Source: Candidatus Uhrbacteria bacterium (GTDB lineage Bacteria; Patescibacteriota; Patescibacteriia; UBA9934; GWF2-40-263). From it: a DNA stretch of 64,000 nucleotides. The position numbers were made by a program, and so were the translations under genes. Below are positions 44,814-54,600 of this stretch, one piece after another. A model generated the notes under the pieces. It was not told the DNA's origin and did no database searches. It saw only the letters and a list, made by a program, of their open reading frames with translations. Numbering within the stretch: the stretch's first letter is position 1; each line of letters begins with the position of its first letter. Where the stretch lies: the NCBI GenBank assembly GCA_026395055.1, contig JAPLZK010000004.1, forward strand, positions 273,891 through 337,890, given 5' to 3'.

Positions 44814-46967
44814 TTACAAAAATAATCGTGCAATCCGTAGTTCCTCGTATGTGTACTTCTCTTTGAGAATATTAAATACAGCCGTTAACAATTTTGTGGG
44901 CGATGCTTGAAAAGCTTTTTCGATTTCGTCGAATTGTTTTGCGGGCGGTTTTAAGTGCATGACATCTAAGTCTGGATCTTCTTCGACGAGCTTCAAGATA
45001 TGTTGTACGACCGTGCTCTTATTCAACATGCGTTCCTTTGCGATTTGTTCGATGGTCATTTTTTTTTCGAGGAGCTCGCGTGTTTTTTGAAACGTAGAAC
45101 TATCGCGCGTTACACTCGACGCACGTACAGGCGGAGCATCAACATCCGTGTCTTGTGTGCGCTCTGCAAGGTTGTGCGCCTTGGCATACACTTGTACGAG
45201 CAACAAGAATTGTGCGCCGAATTGTTTCAGCTTGCGCTCACCAACTCCAAAGATCTTGCCGAAGCTTTGGAGAGTTTGTGGAAGATAATACGCGATCTCT
45301 TGAAGGGTTTTGTCACCAAAGATAACAAATGGTGGAACGTTTTGTTCTTCCGCGATGGATCTTCGAAGTGCGCGTAGCTGCTCGAACAAAGCGTTTTCAT
45401 ATGGTAATGCATTCTCATTCACACCTTTTTTCGGCGCAACGGATACGGCAAACGTTTTTGGTTTTGGAAGAAGAATGACTTCGCGATCTCGAAGTGCCGC
45501 TTTTCCCATAGGGCTCACGCCGATGGTGGGGAACTCACCCATTTGTTTTATGAGATATTTTTTGAGTAACAATAAATCCATGTACTCACGCAGTTGTTGA
45601 AGCGGAATATTTTTTGCCACGCCGTAGACAGAAAGATTCTCGTGATTGTTTTCAAGAATCTTTTTTTGTTTGGAACCTCTGAGGATATCGCAAATGTATG
45701 CGAGTCCAAAGCGTTCGCCAGTTCGGAGAACAGCAGAAAGAATTTTTTGTGAGACCTCGGTGGCATCATGAATCTCTGCTGGTTCATTCGAGCAGTTATC
45801 ACATGTTCCACAGTTTTCTTTTTCGACGGGTTCGCCGAAATATTCGAGAAGGAATTTTCTTCGGCATGATCTTAATTCGCCGTACTCGATGACCTGAGAA
45901 AGTTTTTTCTCGGCGAGTGCACGTTCGCGAGCGTCATCAATCTGCTGAATAAAGAAATCCTGTTTGCGCTTATCTCCATATGAGTAGAACAAAACACAAT
46001 CGCTTGGAAGACTGTCGCGACCTGCACGTCCGGTTTCTTGGTAGTAGCCTTCTACGGTCTTTGGAAGATCCATGTGAACAACTAATCGGACATCTGGTTT
46101 GTCAATTCCCATTCCAAAGGCGATTGTTGCAACAATGATGGAGACTTGGTCGCGAATGAATCGTTCTTGGGTTTTTGACCGGACATCCGCCGAGAGTCCG
46201 GCGTGATATGCCGCGGATTTAAATCCGGCTTTATTCAGATCATCTGCGAGAGACTCTGTGTCTTTTCTGGAAAAACAATAAATAATAATGGATTCACCTT
46301 TGCGTTCTTTTAAAAGCGCGACGAGTTGTGCGAAGGATTGGAGTTTTGGTTTGACGGTGTAGTGAAGATTTGGACGGTTGTGGCTCGACAAGAATACAAA
46401 TGCGTCTGGCATGTCCAGCTCGGCGAGAATATCTGTACGAACGCGCATGGTGGCAGTTGCGGTGAGTGCAACAACGGGAACATTTGGAAATGAGCGTTTT
46501 AATTCTTTGAGGTTGCGGTACTCTGGGCGAAAGTCGTGGCCCCATTCGGAAATACAGTGAGCTTCATCAATGGCGAGAAGACTGACGCGAAGTGATCGCA
46601 AAAATAATTGAAACTCTACGCGAGCCAAACGCTCTGGGGCGATGTATAAGATTTTCAATGCACCTGAACGTGCTTCTGCCTGAATGTCTTCAATCTCTTC
46701 TGAATCAAGAGAGCTATTTAAATACGCTGCGTTGATTCCGTTTGCACGTAACGTGTCTACCTGGTCTTTCATGAGGGCAATAAGAGGGGAGATCACAATG
46801 GTGATTCCTTCAAACATTAAAGCAGGTAATTGGAAACACAAAGATTTTCCTCCGCCGGTTGGCATAAGGACAAGCGTGTTCTTTTTTTCAAGGATATTCA
46901 AAATGATTTCTTCCTGTAGGGGACGGAAGGCATCGTATCCAAAATAAGTCTTGAGGGTATTGTGCAT
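44814..46967 (-). CDS. recQ: ATP-dependent DNA helicase RecQ
   Basis: FRPLQEEII...[19 protein letters not shown]...[17 protein letters not shown]...RQ-Zn-Cys cluster, with C-terminal HRDC-like region; 717 aa. Confidence 0.85.
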   Translation of the reverse strand: MHNTLKTYFGYDAFRPLQEEIILNILEKKNTLVLMPTGGGKSLCFQLPALMFEGITIVISPLIALMKDQVDTLRANGINAAYLNSSLDSEEIEDIQAEARSGALKILYIAPERLARVEFQLFLRSLRVSLLAIDEAHCISEWGHDFRPEYRNLKELKRSFPNVPVVALTATATMRVRTDILAELDMPDAFVFLSSHNRPNLHYTVKPKLQSFAQLVALLKERKGESIIIYCFSRKDTESLADDLNKAGFKSAAYHAGLSADVRSKTQERFIRDQVSIIVATIAFGMGIDKPDVRLVVHMDLPKTVEGYYQETGRAGRDSLPSDCVLFYSYGDKRKQDFFIQQIDDARERALAEKKLSQVIEYGELRSCRRKFLLEYFGEPVEKENCGTCDNCSNEPAEIHDATEVSQKILSAVLRTGERFGLAYICDILRGSKQKKILENNHENLSVYGVAKNIPLQQLREYMDLLLLKKYLIKQMGEFPTIGVSPMGKAALRDREVILLPKPKTFAVSVAPKKGVNENALPYENALFEQLRALRRSIAEEQNVPPFVIFGDKTLQEIAYYLPQTLQSFGKIFGVGERKLKQFGAQFLLLVQVYAKAHNLAERTQDTDVDAPPVRASSVTRDSSTFQKTRELLEKKMTIEQIAKERMLNKSTVVQHILKLVEEDPDLDVMHLKPPAKQFDEIEKAFQASPTKLLTAVFNILKEKYTYEELRIARLFL

Positions 46968-47113
46968 AAAAAATACGCCTGCGTTGCCGCATGGCGTTTT
47001 GAAAACTCTTTTATAGATTGAGTTTAGAAAAAAAAATGGGTTTTGTCAAACGTGTTGTGGAAAACTATTTTTTGTTTGCGTGATCCGTGTATCTGGCCTA
47101 AAATAGACATAAT

Positions 47114-47413
47114 ATGTACCAACTTATTTCAAAAGAAACATTAAAAGAATGGATTGCATCGCACGAACAATTCGTCTTATTGGATGTTCGGGGAGAGGAC
47201 GAATGGAAAGCAGGACACATCGGAGGATCTGTCTTGATGCCACATTGGTTTGTTGCCTTAAAAATTGGAGATCTCGTTCCAGATAAAAACACAAAGATCG
47301 TTACGTATTGTCTGAGCGGAGGAAGATCTTCTCTTGCGGCAAAAACACTTACAGATATGGGGTACGCAAATGTCTGGAATTTAGATGGAGGATACAGTGC
47401 ATTTTTAGGATAA
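47114..47413 (+). CDS. Rhodanese-domain sulfurtransferase (single domain)
   Basis: Active-site loop YCLSGGRS with conserved upstream DVRGEDEW. Confidence 0.75.
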   Translation: MYQLISKETLKEWIASHEQFVLLDVRGEDEWKAGHIGGSVLMPHWFVALKIGDLVPDKNTKIVTYCLSGGRSSLAAKTLTDMGYANVWNLDGGYSAFLG

Positions 47414-47417
47414 AACA

Positions 47418-47455
47418 AAAACACGCCAGGTAAACTGGTGTGTTTTTGTTTTTTG
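47418..47455 (+). terminator. Rho-independent terminator (ACACGCCAG gtaaa CTGGTGTGT TTTTGTTTTTT)
   Basis: Hairpin with one mismatch, plus T-run. Confidence 0.6.
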
Positions 47456-47675
47456 ATCCGAAGATCAATTACGCTGCAACTTCTTCAACAACTTCTTCTG
47501 CTTCTGGAGCTGTTTCTTCTGTTGTAGCTTCTTCTGTCGTTTCTTCTGCGTCTGCAACAACCACGTCTTCTGTTGTTTCGTCTTGCATAATGTTTCGATG
47601 CATGAATGAGGGTGCAAGTGTGTCACGGATGAGAGGATGTGTCAATGAAAAAGCCTCGCGTCGAGTGACGAGAGG

Positions 47676-48329
47676 CTAGGGGAGATTGATCGGAGTGGCT
47701 GAGGTGCTCGGCGGCAGGTTGAACTCGCGGAGGAAATCCGCAAATGTGCCGGTGCCGCATTCGACCCAGAGATCGTTTGCGGTCGCGACATGAATCCACC
47801 AACCCGGTGCACGTTTCATCTGGAAGAAATGGAACGCATCCAGATTCAATCCGTAATGCTCCATGCAACGCTTGTCTGCTTCAGTCGCATGGTGATTGCT
47901 GACCGCACGGAAGAGGACGAATTGCGGGAGGTGCGAGCGAATGGGATTCATGAGCATGCCCGCGTACGTGATTGCGAGCACACCGTGTCGGATTTTGTCG
48001 TTGTGCGGGAGGAACCAGTACAGGTACTCCACGAGCACTGCCATGGTTTCGGCGTTGCCTTCGAACGTGGTCGTGATCGTTTTGGTGTTGTGCCACCCTT
48101 GTTTTCCGTTGTGGGTGGCAAAGAACGAAGTGCTCGAATGTGCCGGTTGCGTGTGGGTGATGATGATCTTCGTGTCCGTGACGAGATCGACCACACACGT
48201 ATGCCATGCCAGCAGATAGTGCAGGTGATCGAATGCGTCTTGAATCGAAAAGGTCCGTTCGTCTCGTTGATGGACGGTTCCTTCGAAATGGAATCCTTCC
48301 TGGGTACGAACCGTGCGATCTTTGAACAT
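47676..48329 (-). CDS. Hypothetical protein (217 aa; start at MFKDRT); higher-GC patch
   Basis: Preceded on the minus strand by the promoter ATTGACAAAATCC-17-TATTCT, near-identical to the rtcB promoter. A GCCTC...GAGGC-TTTTT terminator on the minus strand follows the stop. Confidence 0.5.
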   Translation of the reverse strand: MFKDRTVRTQEGFHFEGTVHQRDERTFSIQDAFDHLHYLLAWHTCVVDLVTDTKIIITHTQPAHSSTSFFATHNGKQGWHNTKTITTTFEGNAETMAVLVEYLYWFLPHNDKIRHGVLAITYAGMLMNPIRSHLPQFVLFRAVSNHHATEADKRCMEHYGLNLDAFHFFQMKRAPGWWIHVATANDLWVECGTGTFADFLREFNLPPSTSATPINLP

Positions 48330-48384
48330 TTGTCTACTCCTCCTTGATTTTTGGGACAAAAGGACACTAGGAAACGGAGAAGAA

Positions 48385-48420
48385 TATCATTAAAATGGGA
48401 TTTTGTCAATGGATTGGCTT
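48385..48420 (-). promoter_or_regulatory. Promoter ATTGACAAAATCCCATTTTAATGATATTCT (minus strand), near-identical to the rtcB promoter
   Basis: 30 of 34 positions are identical to 43498..43531 when read on the minus strand. Confidence 0.5.
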
Positions 48421-48469
48421 TAAACTTGGCTGTTTATCGCAAAAAAACCTCACATCTTGCGATGTGAGG

Positions 48470-49804
48470 TTAGGGAATGGACTTCAGTGCCTGATCGAAG
48501 CGTTCGATCGCGGCAATCGTGATTGACGGGTCTTGGGCGTAGGAGAAGCGGATGAAGTTTGGCTGGAGGAACGGAGTGCCGTGTACGACCGCGACTCCGT
48601 GCTCGCAAGCAAGGAAACTGCCGAGGTCTTTGACGGTTTCAATGTGCGTGGTCGTGTGTGCGAGCGCGCCATTGAAGAATTGATCTGGACGCAGAGCGCG
48701 ACCGAGCCATTTGCTTACGTCGACAAAGGCGTAGTAGCCCTGGTCAGCGATGAAGCTGTAGTTGCACGCGGTCATTTCCGTGCGGAAAATCTTGCGACTT
48801 TCCGATGTTGGCTGGGTAATACGTTTCACCCAAGGGTGACTGCGCACGTCTGTGCTTGAGTACACGTAAAACGCACAGGCTTCCGCAAGGACATTGGGCA
48901 ACACGGTGTGTGAGGCAATCCCTTGAATGGATTTTGCGAACGCTTCCGTGCCACATGCAAGGTGTGCCATGCGAACATTGCTTGCGCCAACGGACTTTGT
49001 GAGTCCATCAAGGAGTGTCACACACGCACGATCCTCTTCAGAAAAGCACGACAGAATCTCCGCCCAGTCATAGAGCGGAACGGTATCGTCGATCACGAGT
49101 TGGTACATGAGGTCGATCAGAATGTGCTTGATGCCGTGAAATCGCGCCCGTTGAATGAGAGCTTTGATTTCCTCTGGCGTGTACCAGGTTCCGGTTGGGT
49201 TGTCTGGTGTGGTGATGATGATCGCGTCCGCTTGGCCGCAAAGGCCCATGGCTTCCGTGATGCCGTCAGGTGTCATGCGAAGATCCGTCTTGCTTTGCGC
49301 GGGAGCACAAAGGAGATTGAATCCGTTCACGTAACTACCATGCGCGTAAGAGATCCACGGCGCCGCAGAGGCGATGACTGTCAGACCAATCTTGCCCGTG
49401 CTCATGCAAATGGCCTGATACCATTTTTGAAGCGCATCACGTCCACCATCGCAGACGATGATCTGTTCGATCGAATGGCGAATCTTGTCGAGGTGCCAAT
49501 AGTTTTCGAGGAGAACACCACGAACACGCGGATCTCCATGAGGTTTTCCGTACGCGGTCGTTTGATGTTCGGGCAGAAACATGAGAAGCGCATTTGCAAG
49601 TTCGTCTCGCAAAACGCCGCCGAGCGTTGCTCCGCCGTCGCCTTGCGAGGCGTCAAAGATGCGTGTGCCCGGATGCTGACGCAAATAGACGTCGAGCTCT
49701 GCTTTGATGAGAAACATGTTGGAAGTCGGGATCTGCCGCAGAAAGGCTGTAGCAGATTTGATCCGAGCTTTTTCTGAATCGAACCAACGTGCGAGCTGTG
49801 ACAT
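48470..49804 (-). CDS. PLP-dependent aminotransferase (class I/II fold)
   Basis: About 440 aa, with LDGLTKSVGASNVRMAH matching the SKxxxxxGxR lysine-region pattern of class-I aminotransferases. About 56% GC. Confidence 0.65.
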   Translation of the reverse strand: MSQLARWFDSEKARIKSATAFLRQIPTSNMFLIKAELDVYLRQHPGTRIFDASQGDGGATLGGVLRDELANALLMFLPEHQTTAYGKPHGDPRVRGVLLENYWHLDKIRHSIEQIIVCDGGRDALQKWYQAICMSTGKIGLTVIASAAPWISYAHGSYVNGFNLLCAPAQSKTDLRMTPDGITEAMGLCGQADAIIITTPDNPTGTWYTPEEIKALIQRARFHGIKHILIDLMYQLVIDDTVPLYDWAEILSCFSEEDRACVTLLDGLTKSVGASNVRMAHLACGTEAFAKSIQGIASHTVLPNVLAEACAFYVYSSTDVRSHPWVKRITQPTSESRKIFRTEMTACNYSFIADQGYYAFVDVSKWLGRALRPDQFFNGALAHTTTHIETVKDLGSFLACEHGVAVVHGTPFLQPNFIRFSYAQDPSITIAAIERFDQALKSIP

Positions 49805-49945
49805 GAGAGATTCCTTTGTGTGCTTCGAGAGATGAAGCGCGACAACTATAATAAGGTTGTGAACATTTGTCCACAGGGATACCTCAACTCTTCTTCTTGC
49901 AAAAAAAGAGAGTATACTGTTGGTAACATTGATTTATATTGATAT

Positions 49946-50341
49946 ATGTTTGGAAAAAAGAATACGAAAAAAAAGAAACAGGCAAATATCATGATTGTAG
50001 AAGACGACGCTCTCTTATGTCGTGCTCTTGCGGCGGCCTTTTCCGGAGAAGGGTTTCAAACAGAATGTGTTGGAAATGGATTAGAAGTTGAAGAAGCAGT
50101 AAAAAAACAAGCACCAGATCTTATCTTGCTCGATCTTATTTTGCCGGGACTAGACGGTTTTGCTGTTTTGAAACAATTAAAGTCAGAAACAAAAACGGCT
50201 TCCATTCCTGTTGTGATTATTTCAAACCTAGGTTCCGCGGCAGACGTAAAGTCCGCAAAGTCTCTTGGAGCAGAAGCGTATTTCATTAAAGCCAATTCAG
50301 AAATTTCTCAAATCATTGATTACGTAAAAAACCTTCTTTAA
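49946..50341 (+). CDS. Stand-alone response-regulator receiver domain (CheY-like)
   Basis: IMIVEDD...DLILLDLILPGLDG...VVIISN...K receiver motifs (DD, phospho-acceptor D, T/S, K). Confidence 0.7.
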   Translation: MFGKKNTKKKKQANIMIVEDDALLCRALAAAFSGEGFQTECVGNGLEVEEAVKKQAPDLILLDLILPGLDGFAVLKQLKSETKTASIPVVIISNLGSAADVKSAKSLGAEAYFIKANSEISQIIDYVKNLL

Positions 50342-50347
50342 ACGTGT

Positions 50348-50725
50348 ATGGCAAAAAAAAAGAAACTTATTTTGATTGTCGAAGATGACGAAGTTATTTT
50401 GCGTGCCTTGTATTTAAGTTTTCATGAAGGGGATTTTACGATTGCGACCGCAACAGACGGAGCGTCTGCACTTACCATGACACAACGCATGAAACCAGAT
50501 TTGGTTCTCTTAGATCTTGTTCTGCCTAAAATGTCTGGTTTTGATTATTTGAAAGACATGAAAGCAGATCCTGCAACAAAAGCCATCCCCGTTATCGTTC
50601 TTTCAAATCTTGGTGTGCAAGACAATAAAGAAAAAGCGATGGGGTTGGGTGCAATAGATTATTTTGTGAAGTCAGATACAGATTTGTCTGCACTGGTGCA
50701 AAAAGCAAAAAATATCTTAGCTTGA
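50348..50725 (+). CDS. Stand-alone response-regulator receiver domain (second)
   Basis: LILIVEDDE...DLVLLDLVLPKMSG...VIVLSN...K receiver motifs. Confidence 0.75.
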   Translation: MAKKKKLILIVEDDEVILRALYLSFHEGDFTIATATDGASALTMTQRMKPDLVLLDLVLPKMSGFDYLKDMKADPATKAIPVIVLSNLGVQDNKEKAMGLGAIDYFVKSDTDLSALVQKAKNILA

Positions 50726-50742
50726 TTCATTAGCGTTTATTT

Positions 50743-51570
50743 GTGAGAACAGCTTGGCTCAATTTGATCTTGAGATTATCGAATCAGATTTTCCAGCGAA
50801 AGCAAGTATTGGTTGGACAGGAAGGATTACAGATTGTGGGAAACATTGTTTCCCTCATTGTGTTAGAAATGATTCTGGCAATTGTTTCGTTTCCACTGTA
50901 CCTGAGTGTGGCATCACAAAACGTAACGGCGTTTCTGGAAGAGCGGGGGGCTTATGCAAAAGTTTCGTTCGATTATAAGCTGCGTCGTATTTTGACGCTT
51001 ACAGGTGTTGCCATTATTGCAGCTGTTTGGGCATTGAAACTCGCATTAATTTTACTTGTTCCAACGGTTTTTGGCCCACTTCAGCTTTATCATGTCACAA
51101 ATTTGCGTCCACCAGATCTTTCTGCACAAGAACAACAGGTTATTTTAGAAGAAGCGGGTATTCAAAATGCACGTGCCGTACAAAGTTTGCAAAAGCCGTT
51201 GTTTGAAGGGGTAAAGCGAACATCCGGAAAAGATTTTGCCTTTTATGGAACGGGTGCGCCTAACACCACGCTCGTCTTGTTTTTAACAGATGCGCAAACC
51301 GCTCTATATACAGGAACGGTTGATGCAAAGGGGCAATGGAGTATTGCAAATGAGCAAAAGAAATTCGCTTTGAGTGAAGGGAATCACTCTCTCTCCGCCT
51401 TTAGCTACAACAAAGGAGACGGAACACGTAGTGATTTTGCGGATACACAATATTTCAAAGTTAAAACGACGTGGGCAGATATGCTTGTGAGAAACGTAGA
51501 TGTTCTTGCAAACTGGTCTGTGGTGATTTTGATTGTTCTTGGTGCGTTCTTGGTTTTTCTTACTATTTAG
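50743..51570 (+). CDS. Membrane protein, mini-paralog of the giant surface protein (shares its N-terminal signal/TM region and C-terminal Ig-like domain plus TM anchor)
   Basis: GTG start. The N-terminus MRTAWLNLILRLS..F..KQ resembles MNRSWLNFYLRCS..F..KQ of the giant gene. The C-terminus DAKGQWSIANEQKKFALSEGNHSLSAF resembles DVKGVWTLDHSQQRAELAEGDHSIYAV, followed by a hydrophobic tail. Confidence 0.5.
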   Translation: MRTAWLNLILRLSNQIFQRKQVLVGQEGLQIVGNIVSLIVLEMILAIVSFPLYLSVASQNVTAFLEERGAYAKVSFDYKLRRILTLTGVAIIAAVWALKLALILLVPTVFGPLQLYHVTNLRPPDLSAQEQQVILEEAGIQNARAVQSLQKPLFEGVKRTSGKDFAFYGTGAPNTTLVLFLTDAQTALYTGTVDAKGQWSIANEQKKFALSEGNHSLSAFSYNKGDGTRSDFADTQYFKVKTTWADMLVRNVDVLANWSVVILIVLGAFLVFLTI

Positions 51571-51654
51571 ACAATGATTTCTCATAAATATTTTACCCAT
51601 TTGAGGTGTATCGACATATAGCATTGCCGAAACAGTTCTCATATATCTTTATAT

Positions 51655-54600
51655 ATGAATCGTTCTTGGCTCAATTTTTATCTTCGATGTTCTGGTTTTG
51701 TTTTTAACTTGAAACAAAAAGTCGTCCAGTCAGAAAATTGGATCGTAATTTTACCGTCAGCGATTTTATTGATTGGATCTGAATGTGTTTTATCTCTAAC
51801 GTCATTGCCGCTTTTTTTGTTGGTTTCTCCAGACTCGGTGCAAGAGTCTGGTCTTTTTTTTCCAAAAAAATTGAAAGATAAAAGCGCGTACCAATCATTT
51901 ATGGTGCGACGCAAGATTAGTTTGTTTACGGCAGGTGGAGCGGGCGGAATTTATATCTTGAAGCTATTGATTGTTGGAATTGTCTCCGCCTATTTGTTGG
52001 GAGCAACACCACTTCTTGCCGCTATTCAAAACTGGGATCTCTCAACCGCAGGAAATTATACCTATGATTCTGCAAAGGTGGAGGTGACGGGGGGAGTTGC
52101 ACGGCTAAAAGATTTAGGAAGTTCTGCAAGTGGATCGACTGCAAATAGCAATTTTACTTCGAACTCGACGGGGTGGACGTATGTTCCAAACTGGATTCAT
52201 GGGGGAGGTGGATCAAATTCGGGAAATTATCATGCGGCGAGCGGAAATCCTGGTGGGTATATTGATCTTGATGAGGATGCGCAAAAAAGCAAAACAGAAG
52301 CGTCTTATTGGTATCAGTCATTTGCGACAACAGTAAACTCTCCAGACACAGCAACGATTAGTTTGGATTGGGCGAGCCTAACTGTTGGAACCCTTGCTTC
52401 AACGTATAAGATTTATGTTTTTATTGATACGACAAGTGGAAATCCAACCGTGGGTCAAGAAGTTTGGTCGAGTCCAGAAATTACAAGCACAACACCTTGG
52501 GCAAGTGTGGCACCAATCAGTATTACCGCAAAAGTTCCAACAGCTGGAATGTATTATCTGAAGATCGCTTCAAGAATTTCGCGTACAGCAAGCGGATCGC
52601 TTCGTGAGCATAACGTGACAGGTTGGGACAACGTGATTGTGAACTGGTCAAAGACCACACACAGTTATGATACAAGTTCGCCAACGATCACTCCAACAAC
52701 ATCCCTTACATTGACCGGGACAAAAAGTTGGAATCATTTCACGGAAACATCCACGTTGAATGGCGGATCCATCAATTATCAACTCTCGAGTGATGATGGT
52801 GTGACATGGCAGTATTGGAATGGATCGGCGTGGGCGACGGCAGGCGGTTCGAATGACAATGCCGCGACGGTTGTTGATGCACATATTGCAACGTTTACAA
52901 AAGCCACCAACAAAATAAAATGGAAAGCGTTTCTCACAAGCAGTGGAACACAGCAAGTGATTCTTGATAACGTTGCCGTTGATTACACCGACAACGCATT
53001 GCCGGTCATTTCGAGTGTTTCGCCTGCACAGAGTATAAGTACGGGGCGTGTAGTAATTCCGTACACGTTGACCGATGCGGATAGTGACCCTGCAACATTG
53101 TCGACGTATGAGTATTCACTTACAGGTGCATTCACAGGGGAACAAGTTACGATGACAGCGGCAACAGGGGATCCGTCACATAGCGGAATCTCAGGTCTTA
53201 CGTCATCGCCTGGCGGAACCGCACACACATTTGTTTGGGATGCATTTTCTCAACTCGGTGCGGTATACAACACAACGGTGTATGTCCGATTACGTGCGAA
53301 TGATGGCGTAGGAAATAGTTCTTATGCGGCATCAAGTGTATTCACAGTTGATTATGTGAATCCGGTTGTGTCGAGCGTAACAGCTGCGCAAACGCTTGGA
53401 TCCACAAACGTATCCATTACATATACATTGGCCGACAATACATCGGATAATCTTTTGGTTGAGGTGCAGGCTTCGAGTGATAATGGCGTGACGTGGACCG
53501 TTCCTATTACATCCGTCACGGGTGCTGTTGGTGCAGGACAGTCGACGGGCACAGGAAAAACCATCACGTGGAATGCGGGAACGGATTACACATCGCACGA
53601 ATTAAGCACGATGAAAATTCAGGTGCGTGCAAAAGATAAATACCAAAATCAGGGTTCCTACGTTGCAAGTTCTGCGTTCGCTCTTGATACGCGTGCTGCG
53701 GCTGTGTCAGCGCAGGTGAATCTTCAAGCACAACCAAACGCGGGAGACACTACAGCTCTTCTTGGGGGATCATTCACAGAGATCAATCCAAACACAAATG
53801 ATTTCTACGTTGCTATTGATGGTGGTGCGTACGGAACATCGACTGCGGGAACGGTGAATACCGCATCGCCCGCAAACCAAGCGACGGCTGTTGGTTCAAC
53901 ACTTAGTGGACATGATTACATTTCAAACGTAAAAATTATTCACACAGACGATTTTGGAAACGTGACGTCAAATGAAAATACGTTGCCATCCACTTTGTTT
54001 AAATATGTAAAACCGTACACGCCACTCGCGCCAACACTCTCAAGTCCTCTCACAACGCAATTGAATGTTGTTGTAAATCCAAATGCAAGTGAAGCGTCGG
54101 ATGTTGAGTATGCGATTAATGAAACGAGTACGGGAAAATTCGTCCAAGCAAATGGAACGCTCGGAGCAAGTGCTGTTTGGCAAACAACCGCCGTTTGGGG
54201 AACAAAAATTGTCACGGGACTTTCGTCACCCGTTGCGAATTACATTTTCAAAGTAAAATCACGAAATCCAAACGACGCAGGACATGCAGCTTCTTCTGAG
54301 TCTGCGTATTCGCCAACCGCTCAGATCTCGAACACAGCTCCATCGATTACGCTTGGTTCTATTTCACAAACAACGGATGGAACAAAATATGTCACCATTA
54401 ATTACACGGGAACGGATGTACAAGGAGATATAAACAGTTTGACGGTGTACGAATATTCTCGTGATAACGCAACATGGCACACCATGACAGAAAAGTCTGG
54501 TGTTGGCTCGGAAGGAACTTCGAATCTAACATTTCTTTCTGGAGGAAGTTCCCATAATTTTAAATGGGATATAGGAACAGATCTCGCGGGTGTTGAGGAT

